From: Sphaerochaeta halotolerans
Lineage (GTDB): Bacteria > Spirochaetota > Spirochaetia > Sphaerochaetales > Sphaerochaetaceae
Assembly: GCF_003429665.1 (NCBI RefSeq)
Contig: NZ_QUWK01000002.1
Coordinates: 168,990 to 200,989, forward strand
Direction: 5' to 3'
DNA length: 32,000 bases
In this document: positions 26,411 through 32,000 of the stretch, in pieces
Layout: each line of letters begins with the position of its first letter
Numbering within the stretch: position 1 is the first letter of the stretch
Program-made: the position numbers and the translations under genes
The notes under the pieces: model-generated
What the model was told of the DNA's origin: nothing
Databases searched by the model: none
Seen by the model: only the letters and a program-made list of their open reading frames with translations

Positions 26411-28664
26411 GTCAGCCATCTGGCATGCCATTGAAAGGGAAGCAGAGAAGCGGAAGATGGGCACCATCTCCTTCATCGGTTCCCGACTTGGTTCGCCCAT
26501 CGCCAGTGAAGCCTCCTCCAACCTTGCCTACCATCTTGCCTCCGAACAGACCATTGATGGTCTGATTATCATTGCATCTTCCCTTGCATCTTATTTCACC
26601 ACCATGGACCTGAATAAATTTTTTGCCCCCTGGTCCTCGCTCCCCAGGGTGTCCATAGGTATGCACATGCAGGGTATGAGCGACATTACCGCTGAGGGGG
26701 AGGAGAGCATGCGTGCCTTGGTGGATCACCTGGTTTCGGTTCATCACAGGCATCGTTTTGCCATCATCACCGGGCCTAAAACCCATGAAGAATCAGTCAA
26801 AAGGCTTCATGCTTGTAGGCAGGCACTTGCAGAAAATGCTATCCCAATTGACGAGAAATTGATCAGGTCTGGGACATTCACCGATGAATCGGGTAGAGAG
26901 GTGGTACAGTACTTTATGGAATCGAAATGTTCTTTTGATGCCCTGATCTGCCTCAATGACCGAATGGCTTTCGGTGCCATGCAAGAACTTTCCAAATGGA
27001 ATGTACATGTACCTGATGATGTATCCCTTATCGGATTTGATGGGATTGACCCCTCTCGCTACAGCATCCCTCCCTTGACGACGGTTGTGCAACCATTGCA
27101 TGAGATGGGAGTCATCGCTGTTGATATTCTCGATAGGATTATGGCAGGGGGGGACGAGGAACACATTTCCCTGCCTTGTTCTCCGGTGATCAGGGAATCA
27201 TGTGGCTGTAATCCGCACGTGCACTTTACCCCCGGCCTCCATGAGATGCCGAACTATGCAACCCCAGCCGAACATTTGGCCGTGGAAGACTTAATCCTTC
27301 TTGTCCAGCGAGGGGACTACCATCAGATGATTGCCCGCCTCAACCGTGCACTTGATGATACTGCCTCAGAAAGTGGTTCTCTTCACCTATGGAACGAGTA
27401 TCTCTCGGTGGTGGAGTATAAATCGCGCAATCAGAGTACCCTCAGTGCCAAAACCCTCGCAATGCTCATGGGGGCAGCCCGTGCATTGACAGGCGATAAG
27501 ATAGGGCGCTTCCAGGCAGCAAAACGTGTGGCAGCAGAAAACTCGTTTGAAACCCTCAGAAAGGTGAGCGCCATGCTCAGCGGAACCTTCGAGATAGGGG
27601 AGTTGATTACCAATTTGAAACACGGGTTGCAGTTATTTGGCATTGACCGAGGGTACCTGGTAAGATTCCTGAACCACAGCCGAAAAGCCAGGCTTATAAT
27701 GACCGTTCAACAGGAAGTGCTCCCGCTTTCAGCCTTTTCGATGGATTTTCCTGCCCATCAGATTCTCCCTCCAAGCCTAGGCCCCCAGTGGAGGACTCAC
27801 CGCTGGGTCTTGCTACCCTTGGTATATCTTGATGAACCACTTGGATACTTTCTGGTTCCCTTTGGCACCGTACGTCCTGCACTCTACGATGTGTTGCAAG
27901 AACAGATTTCCAGCAATTTGAAAGGTTCACTGCTTTTGCAGCAGATCAGGGAACATGAGAAGAATCTCGAGGAACAGGTCGCCTTACGTACAAGGGACCT
28001 TTCTCAGGAAATAAAGCGGAGAACTGAACTGGAACAAGAGGTCATGGACATTTCCACCAGGACAATGGAACGCATTGGGCAGGAACTGCATGATGACTTG
28101 TGCCAATACCTACTTGGCATCTCCCTGCTCGCCTCATCCGCAAAACAACAACTCGAAAACAATCAAGCATTGCAGAAAGAGAGCCTCGGGAAAATCAGCG
28201 AGCACCTCAGCGAAGCAATTAGAAAAATCAAGACCATCAGCCGTGGCTTGATGCCAATGGAATTGGAACCACACAGCTTTCTTGAGCGTCTGGAAGCCTT
28301 GGTAGGAGATAATCTCCGCTTGGGGTCAATTGATATCGATGTAAATGTGGACCCTGGTTTTGCCATACAGGACAGAACCCGGGAATTGAATATTTTCAGG
28401 ATTGTCCAAGAAGCACTGACCAATGCCATCAAGCACTCACAGGCAAAGCATATTGAGATATCCTCATCAAAGAAGATTGACTCTCAAGGTGCGACTTTCC
28501 TCTTCCTGGAGGTCCGTGATGATGGAAATGGACTCCCCAAGCAGATGCAAGGGGATGGGCTTGGCCTGAGGATCATGCAGAACCGAGCTGCCATGGCTGA
28601 TGCCAAGCTCACCCTCGAAAGTGATGACGAAGGAACCACGGTACAGATTGAGTTCAAGGAGTAG
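26352..28664 (+). CDS. Soluble hybrid sensor: LacI/periplasmic-binding-protein-like sugar-binding domain fused to a HisKA_3/HATPase_c histidine kinase
   Basis: 770-aa ORF with no obvious TM segment or signal peptide. The N-terminal ~280 aa resemble Peripla_BP_3 (ICLNDRMAFGAM...VSLIGFDGI). H-box ELHDDLCQYL is present. N-box EALTNAIKHS, G1 VRDDGNGLP and G2 GLGLRIM follow. Confidence 0.85.
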   Translation: MQDTPRCIGIFTAGLDDEYQSAIWHAIEREAEKRKMGTISFIGSRLGSPIASEASSNLAYHLASEQTIDGLIIIASSLASYFTTMDLNKFFAPWSSLPRVSIGMHMQGMSDITAEGEESMRALVDHLVSVHHRHRFAIITGPKTHEESVKRLHACRQALAENAIPIDEKLIRSGTFTDESGREVVQYFMESKCSFDALICLNDRMAFGAMQELSKWNVHVPDDVSLIGFDGIDPSRYSIPPLTTVVQPLHEMGVIAVDILDRIMAGGDEEHISLPCSPVIRESCGCNPHVHFTPGLHEMPNYATPAEHLAVEDLILLVQRGDYHQMIARLNRALDDTASESGSLHLWNEYLSVVEYKSRNQSTLSAKTLAMLMGAARALTGDKIGRFQAAKRVAAENSFETLRKVSAMLSGTFEIGELITNLKHGLQLFGIDRGYLVRFLNHSRKARLIMTVQQEVLPLSAFSMDFPAHQILPPSLGPQWRTHRWVLLPLVYLDEPLGYFLVPFGTVRPALYDVLQEQISSNLKGSLLLQQIREHEKNLEEQVALRTRDLSQEIKRRTELEQEVMDISTRTMERIGQELHDDLCQYLLGISLLASSAKQQLENNQALQKESLGKISEHLSEAIRKIKTISRGLMPMELEPHSFLERLEALVGDNLRLGSIDIDVNVDPGFAIQDRTRELNIFRIVQEALTNAIKHSQAKHIEISSSKKIDSQGATFLFLEVRDDGNGLPKQMQGDGLGLRIMQNRAAMADAKLTLESDDEGTTVQIEFKE

Positions 28665-28667
28665 GAA

Positions 28668-29324
28668 ATGTCCAACATTGTTCGATTTCTTATTGTAGAT
28701 GACCACCCACTTTTCCGCCAAGGTTTGGTAAGTGTCATAGAGAATGTACGAACCTATCAAGTACAAGCCCAGGCAACCACCATCGCTGAGGCACTTTCCT
28801 TGTTGGATAAAACGGAGGTAGATGTTGCCCTTATCGATATCTCTCTGCAACAAGAGAACGGATTGGAGCTGGTAAAAACACTCAAGACGAGCAAGCCGGA
28901 AGTACAGTCAATCGTTGTCTCCATGTATGATGAGTTGATTTATGCCTCCAGTGCACTCAAGGCAGGTGCACGAGGCTACGTCATGAAACAGGAGGCAGCC
29001 TCCTCACTCTTGAAAGCCATTGATACAGTACTGAAAGGAAAGATATATCTTTCCGATGATATGCGGGAGCGGATATTGGACACCATGCTCCTGCAGGAAT
29101 CTGCACAGGAGATTGACCCGGTGGAGTTGCTCAGTCTCCGCGAAATGGAAGTGCTGCGTCTGCTCGGACAGGGATATGGAGTGTCAGAAATCGGCAAGAC
29201 GCTCAACCTCTCAGTGAAGACGATAAACGTCTACAGGGACAATATCCGCCACAAGCTCTCCATCAGTGATGCAGGAGCACTGCGTAAATTTGCCATCAAA
29301 TGGGTGAAAAGCAACGAAATGTAA
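28668..29324 (+). CDS. Response regulator, NarL/LuxR family
   Basis: 218-aa ORF with receiver motifs (LIVDDHPLFRQGL, the phospho-acceptor context VALIDISL). The C-terminal LuxR HTH reads LSLREMEVLRLLGQGYGVSEIGKTLNLSVKTINVYR. It starts 3 nt after the kinase stop. Confidence 0.9.
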   Translation: MSNIVRFLIVDDHPLFRQGLVSVIENVRTYQVQAQATTIAEALSLLDKTEVDVALIDISLQQENGLELVKTLKTSKPEVQSIVVSMYDELIYASSALKAGARGYVMKQEAASSLLKAIDTVLKGKIYLSDDMRERILDTMLLQESAQEIDPVELLSLREMEVLRLLGQGYGVSEIGKTLNLSVKTINVYRDNIRHKLSISDAGALRKFAIKWVKSNEM

Positions 29325-29473
29325 TTTCCCTAGGATATTTGTCCTATCCAATTTCAAGGTAAAAGCCCAGTGGCGCTCTCCATACTGTTCACATAGCATT
29401 GTAATAGTAGGGCTCCCTAACCAGTACAGGCGTTGTACGAATACATGAGGAGAACTATGCAAGTCTCATTTAT

Positions 29474-29488
29474 ATGTCAGTTTGACAT
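29474..29488. promoter_or_regulatory. Perfect palindrome upstream of the ABC operon (candidate operator)
   Basis: ATGTCA-GTT-TGACAT sits 25 nt upstream of the binding-protein ATG, just before the AAGGAGG RBS. Confidence 0.3.
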
Positions 29489-29512
29489 AGCGTTAAGTAA
29501 GGAGGAATCTGT

Positions 29513-30865
29513 ATGAAACGGAACATGCGTATTGTAGTCAGTCTGTTACTGATATGTTGCATGAGTCTCTCTCTGTTCGCTGGTGGCCAGGCAGAAGGGG
29601 CAACGAAACCTGCTCGTAAGGTGATCAACCTGTGGAGCTTCACTGATGAAGTCCCCAAAATGTTGGAGAAGTACAAAGAACTGAATCCTGATTTCGATTA
29701 TGAGATCAACACCACCATTATCGCTACCACCGATGGTGCCTATCAGCCAGCACTTGACCAGGCATTGGCTAGTAGCGGAGAGAATGCTCCTGACATCTAC
29801 TGTGCTGAGTCTGCATTTGTCCTCAAGTACACCCAAGGCGACGCAGCTTACTTTGCAGCTCCCTACAAGGATCTGGGAATTGATGTAGACGCCAAGCTCA
29901 AGGAAGCTGACATTGCACAGTATACCGTTGATATCGGTACCAATCCTAACGGTGATTTGGTTGGCCTTGGTTACCAGGCTACCGGTGGTGCATTCATCTA
30001 CCGTCGTTCTATCGCCAAGGATGTTTGGGGAACTGACGATCCTGCAGTAATCACCTCCAAAGTCGGTCCAGGTTGGGATAAATTCTTCAAGGCTGCTGAA
30101 GACCTGAAGAAGAAAGGCTACGGAATCATCAGTGGTGATGGAGACATCTGGCATGCCATTGAAGGCAGCAGTGAGAAGGGCTGGATTGTAGACGGAAAGC
30201 TCTACATTGATCCCGATCGTGAAGCATTCCTTGACATTGCAAAGATGCTGATTGACAAGGGCTACCACAATGATACCCGTGACTGGACTGATGCATGGTT
30301 TGCTGACATGAAAGACGCCGGTGACAAGCAGATCTTCGGTTTCTTTGGCCCAGCTTGGTTGATCAACTACGTCATGGCTGGCAACAGCGGTGGTACCAAG
30401 CCTGGTGAAGGCACCTATGGTGACTGGGCTGTTTGTGAACCTCCTGTTGGATTCTTCTGGGGTGGCACATGGGTACTCGCAAACAACAATAGTCCTGTCA
30501 AGGACGCAGTTGGTGACATCATCGAGTGGATTACGCTTGACAGCTCCAACACCGGTTTGCAGTATTACTGGGCCAACGGTACGCTCAACGGTCCTGGTGG
30601 AACCAAGGATACCGTTGCCTCAGGTACTGTCATGAGAAAGAGTGACGGAACTCTGGACTTCCTTGGTGGACAGGATATGTTTGATGTATTCGTTCCTGCT
30701 GGCAAGTTTGCTACTGGTAAGAATAAGACCCAGTATGATGAGACCATCAACATGTATTGGCGTGATCAAGTCCGTGAATACAGCTACGGCAAGAAGAGCC
30801 GCAGCCAGGCAATTGCAGACTTCAAGCAACAGGTTGCAGACAACCTCGCTATCGACGTTGATTAA
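29513..30865 (+). CDS. ABC transporter extracellular solute-binding protein (carbohydrate type)
   Basis: 450-aa ORF with an N-terminal signal peptide (MKRNMRIVVSLLLICCMSLSLFAGGQAEG, possibly lipidated at Cys). Composition and length are family-1 SBP-like. It is followed by permease genes. AAGGAGG RBS. Confidence 0.8.
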   Translation: MKRNMRIVVSLLLICCMSLSLFAGGQAEGATKPARKVINLWSFTDEVPKMLEKYKELNPDFDYEINTTIIATTDGAYQPALDQALASSGENAPDIYCAESAFVLKYTQGDAAYFAAPYKDLGIDVDAKLKEADIAQYTVDIGTNPNGDLVGLGYQATGGAFIYRRSIAKDVWGTDDPAVITSKVGPGWDKFFKAAEDLKKKGYGIISGDGDIWHAIEGSSEKGWIVDGKLYIDPDREAFLDIAKMLIDKGYHNDTRDWTDAWFADMKDAGDKQIFGFFGPAWLINYVMAGNSGGTKPGEGTYGDWAVCEPPVGFFWGGTWVLANNNSPVKDAVGDIIEWITLDSSNTGLQYYWANGTLNGPGGTKDTVASGTVMRKSDGTLDFLGGQDMFDVFVPAGKFATGKNKTQYDETINMYWRDQVREYSYGKKSRSQAIADFKQQVADNLAIDVD

Positions 30866-30874
30866 TCAATGACT

Positions 30875-30912
30875 GCCAGGTGTAGGACACTCCTGCACCT
30901 GGCTTCCTTTGC
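30875..30912 (+). terminator. Intercistronic hairpin / partial terminator after the binding-protein gene
   Basis: 8-bp stem GCCAGGTG/CACCTGGC (30875-30882 and 30896-30903) followed by TTCCTTTGC. This is the typical position for attenuating permease expression relative to the SBP. Confidence 0.45.
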
Positions 30913-30973
30913 TCCAAGCATCGTAGGGAAGATATCGGTCGATGCACGGTGAATTTTTCTGGAGGACTTGCTC

Positions 30974-31939
30974 ATGCGCAAAAACAACATCAGCTATGCA
31001 AAGTACGGGTATCTATTTTCCATCCCTTTCGTGCTTGCCTTTTTGATTTTCAATCTGTATCCGACAATATACACCGTTATTATAGGGTTTACTGACCTTA
31101 GGGGGCTAGGTCGTACTACCTTCAAGTTCTTGGAAGACCCTTTCGAGAATTACAAAAGTATCTTGAACAACGCAACCTTCATACGGTCGCTGCAAACTAC
31201 CTTTATCATTTGGATTTTCAACTTCATCCCCCAGGTTCTCTTGGCACTACTGTTGACCGCATGGTTTACCAATCGACGGTTGAAGGTGAAGGCACAAGGC
31301 CTATTCAAGGTATTGATTTACATGCCGAATATCATTACCGCTGCGACCATCGCAATCCTATTTAATTCCCTTACCGGGTATCCCAAGGGACCACTCAATG
31401 ATTTATTGATGAAACTAGGCATCCTGGATGCACCTATGAACTTCCACTTGCAAAGTGGAACAGCCCGCGGTGTTGTGTCCTTCATTCAGTTTTGGATGTG
31501 GTATGGCCACTCCATGATTATCTTGATCGCTGGCGTTTTGGGTATCAACCCGACGCTGTTTGAGGCTGCCGAGGTGGATGGGGCAACACCTACCCAGATT
31601 TTCTTCAAGATAACCTTGCCCAGACTGAAAACAATCCTGCTGTATGTACTGGTAACCGGCCTCATTGGCGGTATCCAGATGTTCGATATTCCGCGACTCT
31701 TCCTCTGGGGAGGTCCGGACAATGCAACACTCACCTCAAGTGTGTTCATCTACAACCAAGCCTTTGCGGGAAGCTATCTGTACAACCGTGCGTCAGCTGC
31801 AAGCATGATAGTCTTCATCATTATCCTGGTTCTTTCAGGCATCCTGTTCTACTCCATGCGTGACAGGGCTGAGATCAAGCTCAAGAAAACCGAAAGAAAT
31901 AGGCTGAAGGAAGAAAAGAGGATGGGGGCAGTACGATGA
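30974..31939 (+). CDS. Carbohydrate ABC transporter permease (MalF/UgpA-like)
   Basis: Multi-TM ORF with the EAA-type loop FEAAEVDGATPTQIFFKITLP. The ATG at 30974 is 7 nt after GGAGGA. The track uses an in-frame TTG at 30968. Confidence 0.85.
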   Translation: MRKNNISYAKYGYLFSIPFVLAFLIFNLYPTIYTVIIGFTDLRGLGRTTFKFLEDPFENYKSILNNATFIRSLQTTFIIWIFNFIPQVLLALLLTAWFTNRRLKVKAQGLFKVLIYMPNIITAATIAILFNSLTGYPKGPLNDLLMKLGILDAPMNFHLQSGTARGVVSFIQFWMWYGHSMIILIAGVLGINPTLFEAAEVDGATPTQIFFKITLPRLKTILLYVLVTGLIGGIQMFDIPRLFLWGGPDNATLTSSVFIYNQAFAGSYLYNRASAASMIVFIIILVLSGILFYSMRDRAEIKLKKTERNRLKEEKRMGAVR

Positions 31940-32000
31940 AAGGAATGAGAGCAACAACCAACCTGACAAAGACAGGAATTTACATTGTTTGCATATTCTT
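31936..32000 (+). CDS. Second ABC permease, 5' end only (runs off the window)
   Basis: ATGA overlap with the previous permease stop. MKGMRATTNLTKTGIYIVCIF starts a hydrophobic segment. The call is based on position. Confidence 0.45.
   Translation, partial: MKGMRATTNLTKTGIYIVCIF

Noticed and set aside
29482-29487. TTGACA hexamer inside the palindrome upstream of the binding-protein gene, considered as a -35 box
   Set aside because: It lies only about 25 nt from the ATG and overlaps the region just before the RBS. No acceptable -10 follows at 16-18 nt. I treat it as part of a palindromic operator candidate rather than a promoter.

Overview
This is a bacterial chromosomal window of roughly 40-45% GC; I cannot assign a taxon by eye. 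It has three zones.

(1) 1-6.1 kb is housekeeping DNA on the minus strand: trpB, trxA, an AlkD-like DNA alkylation repair gene and glycerate kinase. These are interleaved with decayed genes: an M19 dipeptidase remnant and a frameshifted trkA plus a half-length trkH.

(2) 6.2-26.2 kb is an accessory region that begins at an initiator tRNA-fMet gene.
- An AbiEi/AbiEii type IV toxin-antitoxin cassette is bracketed by 125-bp direct repeats (about 97% identical), with a third partial repeat core further on.
- It is followed by a short junk zone.
- A roughly 16.7-kb defence island comes next, bracketed by about 230-bp imperfect direct repeats. These repeats duplicate the promoter and first codons of the downstream sensor kinase gene.
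- The island encodes a small Xis/HTH_17-like protein and a complete type 3 BREX system in canonical order: brxF, brxC/pglY, pglXI, brxHII, pglZ, brxA.

The most interesting feature is a tightly packed, AT-rich three-gene cassette between pglXI and brxHII. It encodes a 2TM-Macro protein, a DUF1863/ThsB-type TIR-like protein (together resembling type II Thoeris), and an AlbA_2/Schlafen-like HATPase_c_4 wHTH protein.

(3) 26.3-32 kb encodes a soluble sugar-binding-domain/HisKA_3 histidine kinase, a NarL/LuxR response regulator, and the start of a carbohydrate ABC transporter operon.

I saw no CRISPR array, integrase or transposase. All family assignments come from motif recognition by eye and need HMM or structure confirmation.
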